Notes: a model not told the origin generated them from the sequence alone. DNA of 64,000 bases from Candidatus Poribacteria bacterium (GCA_965222225.1 CBDCTK010000002.1:3296001-3360000), one strand, 5' to 3'; positions 20,906 through 32,497 are shown, counted from the first letter of the stretch. Numbers and translations are program-made.

Positions 20906-22771
20906 CTAACGGTAGGTATTGACAATCTCTGAGATGACGCTGGCTCTGTTTTTCCAATTCATGCGAGCAGGCGGAATGAGATAGATTCCGTCAATCACGC
21001 ATTCGTCTTGATCGCGGATGTCCCGAATCAATTCCAAGCATAATCGCATACCGAGTTCGTGTCCGGCGGTATCCCCAATGTCTCGGAATTTGTCAACAAT
21101 AAACTGTGGGATGTAAAGCCCCAAATTGTCGCGTAAGTAGGATGCGCTGCGGAAACTTGTAAGTGGCAAGATACCGTAAAGAATCTTTATACCGAGATGT
21201 TCCGTCGCTTGCTGCGCACGCACGATATCCCGATACGTCCAGACAGGTTGTGTATAGGCGAACTTCGCGCCCTGCGCCACTTTATTTGCGAGATGCTTAA
21301 CATGTGGTTGCAGATTCTCGGCAATCGTGAAGCCTCCACCGTAATAGAAACCGCACGGCTCACCAATCGATGAGCCATCAGCGAGTTCACCCTGATTTAA
21401 CCGGGCAATGAGTTTCATCAACTGGACCGCACCGCGGACATCGGGAACGAGGCATGCTGTTTCATAGGGACCAGCCTTCGGATGGTCGCCGGATAAGGCG
21501 ACAATGCCGCGGATGCCTAATGCCTCCGCCTCCAGCAGATGTGATTGCATACTGATGAGATTTCGCGATCGGGTTGTCCAATGGATGAGCGTCGGAATCT
21601 GGGTCGTCTGTTGAACGCGATACGCTGTGCCGACAGCCCCGATGTTCACCGCAGCACCGGAATTATCGGTTACATCGAATAAATCCACCGCGGTCGCGGC
21701 AAGATTCTTTGCCTCCCGCAACAACGTGCGCAACTGTGGAAATGTATTGGCGCGCATCTCTACACTTACGATGCGTTCGCGTGTTTCAAACACCTGTTGC
21801 ACAGGATTATCGGTCGGTGCTTTGTACAGTGACGTGCTTTTTGGGAGGACGAAGATACGTTGCTCCCGTTTTACAGGTGCGCTTCCTGCAACAGCCTGCC
21901 GGACTTTCGCCGTGTATGCCGGTGTTGTGCCGCAGCACCCGCCAATCATGTTCGCCCCAAGTTCGACTAGCTTCACGACGTAATCGCTGAACACCTCGGC
22001 CTCGACTGTGTAAGATAGCGCTATTTCGCCCTGCTCTACTCTCGGATTACCGGCATTCGGTTGAACCACAATAGGGGCTTTGATGACAGGGGCAAGAAGT
22101 TCCATCGCTTCAACGAGATCATGCGGTCCTCTGCAATTGATGCCAACCGCATGCGCGCCGAGTTGTTCAAGTTCTTGTGCCAAGACGCGTACATCTAATC
22201 CGGCACCGATAGTTCCGCCAGAAACGCCGCCAATTTCAACGACAACGGGGACACCGTAAGTGAGAGCCTGCTTTGTAGCGATTTCCGCTTGTTTGGAAGA
22301 GACGAAGGTCTCAAGTACGAGAAGGTCAACCCTTTCATCAACGAGCGCGTCCATCTGCTCCTCAAAAAGCCTTCGGATTGCCTTGGTGGCGGGAACGGGG
22401 GTATCTAAGGCATGGAACGGAATTTGCCCTACGGAACCGGCTACGTAGCAGGTTTCTTTGGCTACCGCGCGTGCGAGCAACACGCCTGCTTTGTTAATTT
22501 CTTTCACCTGTTCAGCCAAGCCGTGGACAGCCAATGCCTCCCTGTTTGCCTGGTAGGTGTTTGTCTGGATAACATCGGCACCTGCGTCAATATAAGCGCG
22601 ATGAATCGCCGAAACGTCCTCGGCATGTTCCGTAGAAATATTGCAGGCATCAACGCACTGCAAATGTGACGGGACGCGTTTGCGGAGTTCGGTTCCGATA
22701 GCACCATCGCACACCAGAATCTGACGCGCAAGGGCTTGCATGAAGTTTTCTTTTCTTGAATTTGCAACCAT
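20906..22771 (-). CDS. yitJ: Bifunctional homocysteine S-methyltransferase / methylenetetrahydrofolate reductase (YitJ-like)
   Basis: DGAIGTEL, GINC and IGGCCGTTP Zn-binding motifs, followed by an MTHFR domain (DVTDN, ALSGD, GAKFAYTQP). Confidence 0.85.
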   Translation of the reverse strand: MVANSRKENFMQALARQILVCDGAIGTELRKRVPSHLQCVDACNISTEHAEDVSAIHRAYIDAGADVIQTNTYQANREALAVHGLAEQVKEINKAGVLLARAVAKETCYVAGSVGQIPFHALDTPVPATKAIRRLFEEQMDALVDERVDLLVLETFVSSKQAEIATKQALTYGVPVVVEIGGVSGGTIGAGLDVRVLAQELEQLGAHAVGINCRGPHDLVEAMELLAPVIKAPIVVQPNAGNPRVEQGEIALSYTVEAEVFSDYVVKLVELGANMIGGCCGTTPAYTAKVRQAVAGSAPVKREQRIFVLPKSTSLYKAPTDNPVQQVFETRERIVSVEMRANTFPQLRTLLREAKNLAATAVDLFDVTDNSGAAVNIGAVGTAYRVQQTTQIPTLIHWTTRSRNLISMQSHLLEAEALGIRGIVALSGDHPKAGPYETACLVPDVRGAVQLMKLIARLNQGELADGSSIGEPCGFYYGGGFTIAENLQPHVKHLANKVAQGAKFAYTQPVWTYRDIVRAQQATEHLGIKILYGILPLTSFRSASYLRDNLGLYIPQFIVDKFRDIGDTAGHELGMRLCLELIRDIRDQDECVIDGIYLIPPARMNWKNRASVISEIVNTYR

Positions 22772-23041
22772 ATAAGAGAAAAGCGCGCATAGAAAGCGCG
22801 CTTTCTTGTGCTTAAGAAACAGGTTCTACTTAATTGTAGAGACTTAGCTCCAGTTTGTACATCTGTAGGGTGGGCACCGCCCACCAGCCTTTGAAAGCAC
22901 CAGCGGCGCGACAGGTGTATAGCGACGCCGATACGCCCCCAGAGGGGCGACAGCGAATAGCGCCCAAATACCCAGAAATGGCTTTACCGTCAATTCTTCA
23001 AACAGGTTCTAAAAGCTACAAGCTACTAATTCCGTTCTTGG

Positions 23042-24289
23042 TTAGCCACGAGGTTGCGTCACGGTGGACGCGGCAGCGGCGAGCGCTTCTTCGACCCGAC
23101 GATTTTTCTCCGCATCAATGGCATTCGGATGAATGGCAGAGATCGGACCATCTTGGTGAAGGTCACCGGCAATAACCGTTATCTGATCGACGGGAAACAG
23201 ATCCATTGTTTGGGCAAATGGTTCGATTAAATCCTCAAACTTCTCGATGATATAGGTCGTCAATCCCGAATCACCCACTGAGCGAAGGATTTCAACGGTA
23301 CGCTTCAGTTGTGTGAGTTCCGACTGAGCCTGGCCGCGGATTGTCGCGGCTTCCCCCTCTGCTTCCTGAATCATCTTCTCCTTTGTCGCAGCCGCGGGAA
23401 CAATCGTATCCGCCTGACATCTCGCCCGCACCATTTCAATCTGCTGTTTTTCAGCCTGAATCTGGGCTTGGATCCCCGCCACCTCGGACTCCGCGTTTCG
23501 GGTTTCCTCTTGGGCATTCACGGCGCCACGCTGATTTTCCTCTGCAGTGTTGACTTTCGCCTGTGCCTCGATTCGCTGATACTCATTTTGGAGTTCACGA
23601 ACGGAGACTTCAGCTCGACGTTCCTCTGCCTGCTCTTTTGCGGCGGCACGTGCGTTTGTCTGTGCTTCGCGCGATTGCGTTTCAGCATCGGCAGTTTGTA
23701 TCCGCTTCAACAGCGCGATATATAGATCGGGCTCATCAACCCCATCTAGCCGATGATCGTCCACATCGGCGATATTCATGGTGGTGATTTCCAGACCGAT
23801 ACCCTCCAAGTCGGACTTGCAGACTTTGATCATGTTTTGGATAAGCTGGTCTTTTTGGCTCATCACCTCTTCGGGAGTCATTGCCGCAATTGAGTCGCGC
23901 AGATGCCCTTCAATGATAGAAGTGGCAATGTCTTGTAGTTCAGTCCAGTCCTTGGTCATGTTCAAAATGCGTTTGACAGCATTGACGAGGCCCTTTTCCG
24001 TCTTTGCCACGGAATAACTGACTGTCGCTTTCACGGTCAACGGGACAATTCCCTCGGCGATGGCTGACTCCACGATAACCGTCGTCGTTTGAGGCGTGAG
24101 GTCCATTGTGCTGAAGCGGTTGATTAGCGGAAACACGAAAACTCGTCCACCTCGGAATGTGCTGAAACTGTCGCCTTTTCCGTGTACGACGGCAAGCTGA
24201 CTCGGCGGTATGAGCTTCATCTTCATCACAAGTTGAAGAATCAGTGTCACCAATATGAGTATGGCAAGTGTTATGAGGAAGAATATCAT
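23042..24289 (-). CDS. SPFH/flotillin family protein
   Basis: N-terminal TM, GGRVFVFP, EGHLRDSIAAMTPEE, A/E-rich coiled coil with AEGEA. Confidence 0.9.
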   Translation of the reverse strand: MIFFLITLAILILVTLILQLVMKMKLIPPSQLAVVHGKGDSFSTFRGGRVFVFPLINRFSTMDLTPQTTTVIVESAIAEGIVPLTVKATVSYSVAKTEKGLVNAVKRILNMTKDWTELQDIATSIIEGHLRDSIAAMTPEEVMSQKDQLIQNMIKVCKSDLEGIGLEITTMNIADVDDHRLDGVDEPDLYIALLKRIQTADAETQSREAQTNARAAAKEQAEERRAEVSVRELQNEYQRIEAQAKVNTAEENQRGAVNAQEETRNAESEVAGIQAQIQAEKQQIEMVRARCQADTIVPAAATKEKMIQEAEGEAATIRGQAQSELTQLKRTVEILRSVGDSGLTTYIIEKFEDLIEPFAQTMDLFPVDQITVIAGDLHQDGPISAIHPNAIDAEKNRRVEEALAAAASTVTQPRG

Positions 24290-25767
24290 GATACACCTCC
24301 TTCTCGAATCGGGTCTAGTGGTGCTTCGTCTTCGGAAATGACGGAGGTTTCCGTCTGCTTCCGCGTGATTAGCTCCTTTACGCTAATGCCCAAGCCCTGT
24401 TCAAAGCATTTCAAGAAATCAACGAATGCCGCAGGGCCTCGATTCACAGCGCTATTGAACCCATCTTCTACATTGAGAACCAGCAAGTTATCGACCTTCA
24501 ATGATTTCGCGTGTGTGCGGTACGCTTCGAAAAGATGGGGCAGCTGTGTGATGAATAATGCGATTTTACCTGTATCTCCGGTATTCTTGAGTAAATCCAC
24601 TTTCTGTAGAAGGAGATCATTCTGGGTTTGTTGAACAATGTCAACAGCTTTTGCCTCTCCTTCTGCCAGAATCTCGGCGGCATGACGCTTGGCTTCAGCC
24701 TCCACAATAACCTCGGAGCTGTTTTTCAACTCTTGAAGTTTCGCCGACACTTCCTCTATGCGCCGCTGACCCGTACTTCTCGCCATCACAACGGCGCTGT
24801 CCGCCTCAAGTTTCGAGCGGTGCACGTCCGCGTCACACTGGCGACGAAACAGCTCGACGTCTTGTCGAGATTGAAGAATCTTCTCGGTGGCGCGATTTTC
24901 AGCCACCAGCATTCGACGTTTCGAATCAGATTCGGCGCGCTCGGCCCGCGCTTTCAGACGGGATTCTTCAATCTCCACCTCCTGACGTTTGCGTGAAAGG
25001 GTCTTGTTCGCAAGATTCGCGATGTAATTGGAGGTATCCCAAATGCGCTGGAGTGATACAGAAACGACATTCATTCCAAACGCACTTAAATCCTCGCGAC
25101 AATCCTCAAGCAGAAATCGACGGAAGATTGCCCGTTCACCGTCTCTCGTTTGGCGCGATTCGGAGGTATGCGCATCGTCTTTTGCTTGGTCAGCATCGGC
25201 TGCGCTCTCCTCCGAGGACGATTGGCTCTGCGCATTGGAGCTCTCATTCTGTTCCTGCTGCTCAATACTTTCTACACTCTCAACCATGCCGATAGCCTGC
25301 AACGGCGTGGTTTTGTTAAGCGCCGCGCGAAAGTTGCCAATCATCGTCTGTTGAATCTGCTCCTGGATCTGCTCGCGCGATTTACCGAGCAACTGTTGCA
25401 CCGCGCTGTAGAGTAGCACTTTGTCCATGTCGTCAATGCAAACACAGGCAGTTGCGTCGGATCCGACGGTGATCCCATTCGCGGAATTCACATTATCAAC
25501 CTGGACGTTGATTGGGATGATTGTGATATCAAGGAATTGGACGCTCTGAATGAATGGAATAACGAAGGTCCATCCGCCTTTTTGCAGACGAAAACCGTAT
25601 TTTTTGCCTTCGACCACGGTTTCTGTGCCGCCGGTAACCACAAGTATATGATTTGACGGACACACGCGAATCAAAGATCGCAGAACCGCAATCAATAGGA
25701 GGAATGCAACGATCGCGAGAACGCCGCCAGCAACGCCGTCTATCTGAGTAATCAACTCCATCTTCAT
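24286..25767 (-). CDS. SPFH/flotillin family protein (second paralog)
   Basis: N-terminal TM, GGWTFVIP, coiled coil with AEGEAKA; 4-bp overlap with the next gene. Confidence 0.88.
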   Translation of the reverse strand: MKMELITQIDGVAGGVLAIVAFLLLIAVLRSLIRVCPSNHILVVTGGTETVVEGKKYGFRLQKGGWTFVIPFIQSVQFLDITIIPINVQVDNVNSANGITVGSDATACVCIDDMDKVLLYSAVQQLLGKSREQIQEQIQQTMIGNFRAALNKTTPLQAIGMVESVESIEQQEQNESSNAQSQSSSEESAADADQAKDDAHTSESRQTRDGERAIFRRFLLEDCREDLSAFGMNVVSVSLQRIWDTSNYIANLANKTLSRKRQEVEIEESRLKARAERAESDSKRRMLVAENRATEKILQSRQDVELFRRQCDADVHRSKLEADSAVVMARSTGQRRIEEVSAKLQELKNSSEVIVEAEAKRHAAEILAEGEAKAVDIVQQTQNDLLLQKVDLLKNTGDTGKIALFITQLPHLFEAYRTHAKSLKVDNLLVLNVEDGFNSAVNRGPAAFVDFLKCFEQGLGISVKELITRKQTETSVISEDEAPLDPIREGGVS

Positions 25768-26406
25768 CTACTCCTTTGCCATATTTTCGTGTTCAACATA
25801 TACACACTCAGCGGTAACATTGGTAACCCGAACCGTATCCCCTTTCTCAAACCGGGCATTCGGCTCGGTAGCTAATGCGTACTGTTCGGTTACATTCATA
25901 CCCACCTGCACACGCACCTTACCCATCGTGTCGTGCGTTAGTGGAACGGTAACAGTGCCTAGTTGAAAGAAAAGTTCCTCCGAATGCAGCGATGAATCTG
26001 TATCGGTACGCTGGAAACGAAAGAACATGTGTGCCAAGACAAAAGCCACCACGCCGGCAGGCGCCGCCCAAATTAGGCTCTGTCCCGCACTCTTTCCCAT
26101 GGATATGGCTACCCATCCCGTGGGACCAAAACCGAGAAAGAAATAAACAAGGCTGCGCAGGTAAGAAATCACGGACAGCACAGCTACTTTGCCAGCGGTG
26201 TGAGTGATACTTTCTGGCGGGGTTTTCCCCGTGTTGGTCTCGTCCACGGGGAAAACCGTATCGAACCTCATGCCACCATCTTCGACGCCATCGCCGCCAC
26301 CACTATCACTATCTTGGCTCCCACCTAGGAATCCAAGGAAATCAAGGACGGTGATGGTCACGGAAAACAGTGTACAACCGATGTAAACTCCATTTAGCCA
26401 TGTCAT
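25768..26406 (-). CDS. NfeD-like membrane protein (flotillin partner)
   Basis: Three TM segments, then an OB-fold-like C-terminus (GTVTVPL...GKVRV...KGDTVRVT...YVE); abuts the flotillin gene. Confidence 0.8.
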   Translation of the reverse strand: MTWLNGVYIGCTLFSVTITVLDFLGFLGGSQDSDSGGGDGVEDGGMRFDTVFPVDETNTGKTPPESITHTAGKVAVLSVISYLRSLVYFFLGFGPTGWVAISMGKSAGQSLIWAAPAGVVAFVLAHMFFRFQRTDTDSSLHSEELFFQLGTVTVPLTHDTMGKVRVQVGMNVTEQYALATEPNARFEKGDTVRVTNVTAECVYVEHENMAKE

Positions 26407-26733
26407 CGGATGCCTCTTTGTGAAAGGGAAAGTCGGGGTTGGAGAGATGAGGTAATGTGGAGCGCCCTCTGCTTTCGAGGCTCAAAGGTCCATTCAAGAA
26501 ATTGCAATCAATTCCGGGGTCGTCCACATTTCCTCACGGTTCAGGTGGAAAGTAACCAGATACTCGATCGTGGTACTACGGACTCATGTAGGTTTAAAGC
26601 TTCTCACTTCGGATGCTGGAATCCAATAACGGTTCATTTTACGTAATGCGTAACCCGTTTTCTTACGTATTGCGCATTACGATTTACATCATGCCCTTCT
26701 TTTTTCTACGAATCGGAGCAACTCGCGCAAGCC

Positions 26734-27138
26734 CTAGCTAATATATGGCGATAACAGGTCGTGAGCGGTCATCACGTTTACGGCAAGCGAATCTAGCGCA
26801 AGCAGAAGTTCATTATCATCCAGATTCTCCGTTGCGAGACTGTCCACCAGTACAATCCGCTTGTCGCTCGGGTTGTCCGAATCTATCCCGAAACAACACG
26901 GCAAAATCTCCGTATTTTGATCGAGAATCTTCTCATAAATCTCTTCCAGCTTGAGCCCGTCAAGATCGCTAACCCTGCAAAGGTCAACCATGAACTCGAT
27001 TTGACTGTCATCAATAACGGCGAAAATATTCAAGCCGTCCTCATCCTGCAAAATGAGCAGTGGATCCTGATCTTGAATCGTGTATCCCTGTTCCTCAACA
27101 AAACTGACGATCTCTGCTTTGCTGTTTAACTGTGTCAT
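26734..27138 (-). CDS. YjfI/DUF2170-like (type III chaperone-fold) protein
   Basis: ILDQNTEILPCCFGI...LVDSLATENLD pattern, acidic, directly downstream of pspA; start taken at MTQLN. Confidence 0.6.
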   Translation of the reverse strand: MTQLNSKAEIVSFVEEQGYTIQDQDPLLILQDEDGLNIFAVIDDSQIEFMVDLCRVSDLDGLKLEEIYEKILDQNTEILPCCFGIDSDNPSDKRIVLVDSLATENLDDNELLLALDSLAVNVMTAHDLLSPYIS

Positions 27139-27529
27139 TTTTCCCTCTTTTGAAGTCTTGATTATAATACCATTTCGTTTGAATAACAGTGCATATGGTG
27201 TTTTAATTATATCATTATCTTTCTCGTGGGCGGGGATCAAACGAGTGAACAGCGAGTGGGATAGAGATCCCCTTGCCCCGCCTTGGTAAGACTTGATCGA
27301 TGCTATTTATGCACTGCAAATATAGAGAAATGGTATAACGTGGCAATCCGAGAAGTCGCACGGGGCAGACCGTAAAACTGAAGGTCAACCACGTAGGTTG
27401 CCCCAACAAAAACGGGGCATCCTCACGGATACCCCTACGCTTAGTCCCTTTTCTGGGCGCATGAAATGTAACAATGTGGGTATGCCAGGTTTCAGGGTTG
27501 GATCTGTAACAGTCGAAACCCCGAACACA

Positions 27530-28198
27530 TCAATTCGTGCCCATCTTCGCCTTCAAGGCGGCAAGATCGTCGTCCACGTTGCCCTTCCCGAGATCTGCGA
27601 ACTCTTTCTCCAAGGGGTCCTGACTCATTTCGGTCATCTCTGCCGTGGCATCGGCGCGGGCTTCCGAATCGGCAACCTTTTGCTCCATGCGATCGAAACT
27701 TTCAAAAGCGCTGTTCTCTTTCATGCCTGCCATGGTTTCATGAATGAGCCTTTGTGCTTTGGCGCGCTTCTGCCGCGCAATAAGTAAATCTTTCTTCCGT
27801 CTGGCTTCCTCAATCTTACGCTCAAGCGTACGAAGATTTTCTTTAAGCGCTTCCACCGATGCTTTCTGCTTCTCCCACTGAGCATGGTAATCTTCTGCAA
27901 GGCTGCCGTGTTCGTTTCGGCGAACGAGAGCCTCTCTCGCGAGATCTTCCTTTCCCTGCTGTAGAGCTAACGTGGCTTTCTGTTCCCAGTTCTCCGCCTG
28001 CTCTTGTGCGTTTTCGTAATCTTTGTGCAGCCGCTTTTCGAGAGCGATTGTCGTGGCAACCTGCTGCTTTACCTTCACCAACTGCTCCTGCATCTCCATG
28101 GTTATCTGGTTCAGCAGCTTTTCCGGATCTTCAGCCTTGTCCAACGCGGCATTTACGTTTGCCTTGAATACCCTTGAGACGCGGTCGAATATACTCAT
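27530..28198 (-). CDS. pspA: PspA/IM30 (ESCRT-III-like) family protein
   Basis: MSIFDRVSRVFKANVNAALDKAEDPEKLL, EDLAREAL, FDRMEQKV, DLAALKAKM. Confidence 0.95.
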   Translation of the reverse strand: MSIFDRVSRVFKANVNAALDKAEDPEKLLNQITMEMQEQLVKVKQQVATTIALEKRLHKDYENAQEQAENWEQKATLALQQGKEDLAREALVRRNEHGSLAEDYHAQWEKQKASVEALKENLRTLERKIEEARRKKDLLIARQKRAKAQRLIHETMAGMKENSAFESFDRMEQKVADSEARADATAEMTEMSQDPLEKEFADLGKGNVDDDLAALKAKMGTN

Positions 28199-28489
28199 GA
28201 TGAAATCTCCTTACAAGTTAAATTGAATTGTGTGTGATGGGGCACATTTTGTGTCATCACTGGCTAACTGCAACGACGTATTTCCCCGCATTGTTGAAAT
28301 AACAGGTGATTCATGATTAAGCAGATTATAACCGAAAAACGGCGATATGCCAACCCCAAACCGTAGCGGCGAACTCTTCCAAAACGCCGTACGGCGTTTT
28401 GTAGGGTGGGCACTTCCCACCAACCTTTGAAAGCGCCGTAAGTGAACAGCTTCAGATTTGGATTGTTGCAAGATTTTTGCCGTTTCCCT

Positions 28490-30577
28490 TCAAAGCAGCG
28501 TGCCCAACTCCCCAATATCCGCCGTGGGTGTTTGGCAGGCGTAGTTTTCACAAACGTAGACAGTCGCTTTTCCATTAATTTGCGTCTTGCCAGCCGTTAA
28601 CGGCATCAACCCATCGGCAGAGGATTGATCGTTGCTTGAATCTAGCAGCGCCAAGATTTTATTCGGCAGAAATCGACTGTGAATCTCCTGCAAAATAATC
28701 TTCGTGTCATCGGCATTCTTTTCGCCAACAACCGCGATTTCCCGAGGCGCCGAAAGCAGAAACTCTAGTTCACACAACAGTTGTCCCGATCCGGATGGGG
28801 CATTTTCTATTTGCTGATAATAAAGGCTCAGCGCTTGGACAGCCTTTGCGTGGAAGTCGGGACGATCGAGATGCTTGGCGAGTCTCAGCAAGCTATGAAC
28901 CGCCATTGCTGTCCCGGACGGAGTCGCACTGTCATACGCGGACTTGGACTGAACAATGAGTGATTCGTGCGCTTTGCCTGTGAAGAAAAAGCCGCTGCTC
29001 GATTCATCCCAAAACTGTTCAATCATGATCTGCGTAAGCCGTTCCGCCTCTTGCAACCAACGTGGATTGAAACTGGCTTCGTAAAGCGCGACCAAGCCGG
29101 CGGATAAGTAAGAATAATCCTCAAGATATGCGTTCAAGTGGCTCTTTCCCGCGCGGTACGTGCGCAGCAACAAGCCATCGGCTTGGGACAGTTCGGTCAA
29201 AATGAAATCCGCCGATTTCTCAGCCGCTTCAAGATAACGCCGGTCATTAAGCAGTTGGTATCCGAAAGCCATGCCTCGAATCATAATACCGTTCCAACTG
29301 GTCAATATTTTGTCGTCCAGACCGGGTTTGATTCTATCTTCCCGCACCTCAAATAGTTTCTGTTTTCCTTCGCGAAGGATTGCCTCCAATTCGGCTTCAT
29401 CTCGGCGCAATTTCTTGGCGAATACATCCAACGGTGTTTGTATGTGAAGGATGTTCTCCCCTTCAAAATTTCCCGATTCAGTAATATCGTAATATTCGCA
29501 GAAAATCTCCGCGTTTTCCCGCCCCAGAATCCGATCGACCTCATCTAACGACCAGACAAAGAACTTGCCCTCAACGCCTTCGCTGTCCGCATCCTGCGCC
29601 GAGTAGAATCCACCTTTTTCCGCATCGTACATTTCGCGCAGGACGTAATCAAGCGTCTCCTTGGCAATTTCACGATAAAGCGGTTTCTTCGTCGCTTGAT
29701 AGGCTTCCAGATAAGCGGCCACGAGTTGTGCGTTGTCGTAAAGCATCTTCTCGAAGTGCGGGACCAGCCAAACGGCATCGGTTGAATAACGGTGGAATCC
29801 GCCGCCGAGTTGATCGTACATACCACCGAGCGCCATTTTCTCCAGTGTCAATTCTGCCATTTCCAACGCATTGGGGTTCCCCGTCCGCAGCCAGTAGCGC
29901 AGCAGAAAAGGCAATCCCATGCTTGGCGGAAACTTGGGCGCGTTCCCAAAGCCGCCGTATTGCGAATCGAAGGTCGAACGATAGTGCCGAAAGGCTCCAT
30001 CCAGGAGGTCGGTTGTTAGGTCGTGTCCGTGGTCGCTTACACTCGACATCTGAGTAAGATGCTCCACAATCTGTTCGGCTTGTTTTGCGATATCACTTCG
30101 CCGGTCACGGTAGGCAGTGGAGACAGCTTGCAGGACGTTTGCAAATCCGGGGCGTCCGTGACGGTCATCGGGCGGGAAATAGGTGCCGCCATAGAAAGGC
30201 TGGAGATCGGGCGTGAGGAACATCGTCATCGGCCATCCCCCTTGCCGCGTCATGATTTGGACGGCGTTCATGTAAATCTCATCCAGATCGGGGCGTTCCT
30301 CACGATCGACCTTGATGTTGACAAAATGCTGATTCATGATGGCGGCAATCCCTTCGTTTTCAAAGGACTCGCGCTCCATTACATGACACCAATGACAAGC
30401 GGAATAACCGATACTCAAAAGGATTGGTTTGTCCTCTCCTTTGGCACGATCCAACGCTTCCTCGCCCCACGGATACCAATCCACCGGATTGTGGGCGTGC
30501 TGTAGAAGATAGGGGCTAGTTTCATTGCTGAGTCTGTTGGTATGTTTCAGCGTATCCGACATAAGGTTCCTTTCCAT
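28490..30577 (-). CDS. Thioredoxin domain-containing protein YyaL/SPATA20
   Basis: [47 protein letters not shown]. Confidence 0.92.
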   Translation of the reverse strand: MERNLMSDTLKHTNRLSNETSPYLLQHAHNPVDWYPWGEEALDRAKGEDKPILLSIGYSACHWCHVMERESFENEGIAAIMNQHFVNIKVDREERPDLDEIYMNAVQIMTRQGGWPMTMFLTPDLQPFYGGTYFPPDDRHGRPGFANVLQAVSTAYRDRRSDIAKQAEQIVEHLTQMSSVSDHGHDLTTDLLDGAFRHYRSTFDSQYGGFGNAPKFPPSMGLPFLLRYWLRTGNPNALEMAELTLEKMALGGMYDQLGGGFHRYSTDAVWLVPHFEKMLYDNAQLVAAYLEAYQATKKPLYREIAKETLDYVLREMYDAEKGGFYSAQDADSEGVEGKFFVWSLDEVDRILGRENAEIFCEYYDITESGNFEGENILHIQTPLDVFAKKLRRDEAELEAILREGKQKLFEVREDRIKPGLDDKILTSWNGIMIRGMAFGYQLLNDRRYLEAAEKSADFILTELSQADGLLLRTYRAGKSHLNAYLEDYSYLSAGLVALYEASFNPRWLQEAERLTQIMIEQFWDESSSGFFFTGKAHESLIVQSKSAYDSATPSGTAMAVHSLLRLAKHLDRPDFHAKAVQALSLYYQQIENAPSGSGQLLCELEFLLSAPREIAVVGEKNADDTKIILQEIHSRFLPNKILALLDSSNDQSSADGLMPLTAGKTQINGKATVYVCENYACQTPTADIGELGTLL

Positions 30578-30621
30578 CCGGCTTGACTTCGACGTAGGTT
30601 CACTCAGTTCGCATCAAATTC

Positions 30622-31560
30622 TCACTCATCACTCTCCGCTCGTAACGCGACATAGCTCCGATGACGGATGGGACTTATTGTTCCCGCATTCACCGCTTCG
30701 ATGACCGCGCATCCCGGCTCGCCAAGATGAGAGCAATCGTTGTAATGACAGTTGCCAAGATAGGGTTCCATTTCCGGGAAATAATGCTCGAGGTGTTCCG
30801 TATCAATTCCCCATAGTCCAACTTCCCGAATGCCCGGGGTGTCCGCCACTTCGCCGCCAAAATCAAGCGGAAATAGCTCAACGAGTGTGGTTGTGTGCTT
30901 GCCCTTTTCCGATTTTTTCCCAACCTCCCCGACGCGCAAGCCTAAACCGGGTTGAACGGCGTTTAGAAGACTCGACTTGCCCACACCGGATGCTCCGACG
31001 ATGACGCTAAATTTTCCCTCCATTACCCGTCGGAGATCACAAACCCCCGGATACCCCTTGGTACTTGTATAAATCACCTCATAGCCGAGCGAACGATAGG
31101 TGCCGAAGAGCGATGTTACCCTTTCCTGTTCCTCCGAATCAATGAGATCCATTTTGTTCAGGCAAACGACGGCGTCCATTCCGCCGTTCTCCGCCAAAAT
31201 CAGAAACCGATCCAAAAAGCGGAATTTCACATCGGGCTGACGTGTCGAGATGATAACAATCACCCGATCTGTGTTGGCAACGATGACCTGCTCAACTGTC
31301 TCACGCTTACCCGGATATTGGCGCGAAAACTTTGTCCGACGCGGGAGTAACTCTTCAATGACGCCCTCTTCATCATCGAGTTGAGTGAAGGTTACCACAT
31401 CGCCCACGGCAACCGGATCCGCGTAAATCCGCCTGCCTATCTCGGAACGTTGTTCACGTTTGATGCGTCCGCGCAGAGTGCAACGGAGAGTAAGATTATC
31501 GCGCTGAACGTCGTAAAATCCAGATGTCGCGCGAATGACTCGCCCCTGAATTTTATCCAT
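30622..31560 (-). CDS. rsgA: Ribosome small subunit-dependent GTPase A
   Basis: NKMDL, GASGVGKSS, GKHTT, DTPG, C-terminal CxxxxCxHxxEPGC Zn finger. Confidence 0.95.
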   Translation of the reverse strand: MDKIQGRVIRATSGFYDVQRDNLTLRCTLRGRIKREQRSEIGRRIYADPVAVGDVVTFTQLDDEEGVIEELLPRRTKFSRQYPGKRETVEQVIVANTDRVIVIISTRQPDVKFRFLDRFLILAENGGMDAVVCLNKMDLIDSEEQERVTSLFGTYRSLGYEVIYTSTKGYPGVCDLRRVMEGKFSVIVGASGVGKSSLLNAVQPGLGLRVGEVGKKSEKGKHTTTLVELFPLDFGGEVADTPGIREVGLWGIDTEHLEHYFPEMEPYLGNCHYNDCSHLGEPGCAVIEAVNAGTISPIRHRSYVALRAESDE

Positions 31561-32149
31561 ATTTAATTGACTTCAATTTCGGTTACACCTCTCTCGTAGA
31601 ACGGGATGAACGATTTGCAAGCACTAAACGATCAACTGAGTGGATAACGAAGGCGATAGAAGATCCCATAGTGAGTGCGATAGGAATCCCCTGACCACCA
31701 TTTTTTGAAGAGCGCGATAGAACTTCCATAGAAATCTTAAAGGCTTATAATGGGCGACAACAAAACATGGGACAGTCCCTACTCAAATATCCAAAAAGGG
31801 CTCTACCACTTACTTTTCAAACAGTATCTTAACTCGACTTTGTACATTTGAGCGAGGCAACAAACGGTGTCAATCAAGCGTGGAAGAAAAATGGAGGAGA
31901 TTTTAGACATTTGGTCTTTTTGGTTGACCATTGAAAAAGTCTCAAGCGGTTCCTGATACTATGCAACCTGTCGCCCCGCGGGGGCTTTGGTGTGCGGTGA
32001 ATCCACGTTTCTACACACCCGTCGCGTCGCTGGTGCTTTCAAAGGCTGGTGCGCAGTGCGCACCCTACAAGATGGCAATTCAGTATTGTACTTTTGTACA
32101 AAGTCTAGCTTAAGTTTTATCAGCGATACAGCCAAAACAAATCCACGGA

Positions 32150-32497
32150 CTAAACGTAAGGCACAATCCAATGTAAGAGCGTATCAATCAGCGAAATCAG
32201 AAAGGCGGCGATGAGGGTATCAAACAGTCCTTTTACCTCAAACTCCGAAATCAATTTGTCGGTCAACCACAGCAGAAAAGCATTAATCACAAAATAGAAT
32301 AGACCGAATGTCAAGAATATCAAGGGTAGCGAAAGGAAAACCAGGATTTGCGTTAGCAATAGTTTCAGGATCCCGTATACGAAGGCAACAAAGACCGCCG
32401 TCGCGAACCCCTTGATGCGCACGGATGGCAGAATGCGCGTCACGACAAAAACAGATACGCTAAGAGTGAACCAGTTGAGTAACCATGTCACAAGCAT
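32150..32497 (-). CDS. 4-TM phage holin-like membrane protein (YvlD/DUF360 family)
   Basis: LSLPLIFLTFGLFYFVINAFLL signature, four TM segments. Confidence 0.8.
   Translation of the reverse strand: MLVTWLLNWFTLSVSVFVVTRILPSVRIKGFATAVFVAFVYGILKLLLTQILVFLSLPLIFLTFGLFYFVINAFLLWLTDKLISEFEVKGLFDTLIAAFLISLIDTLLHWIVPYV

Noticed and set aside
22772-22860. SAM riboswitch upstream of yitJ (and preQ1 riboswitch upstream of queF)
   Set aside because: Only a simple hairpin or promoter is seen; the conserved riboswitch motifs were not recognisable by eye.
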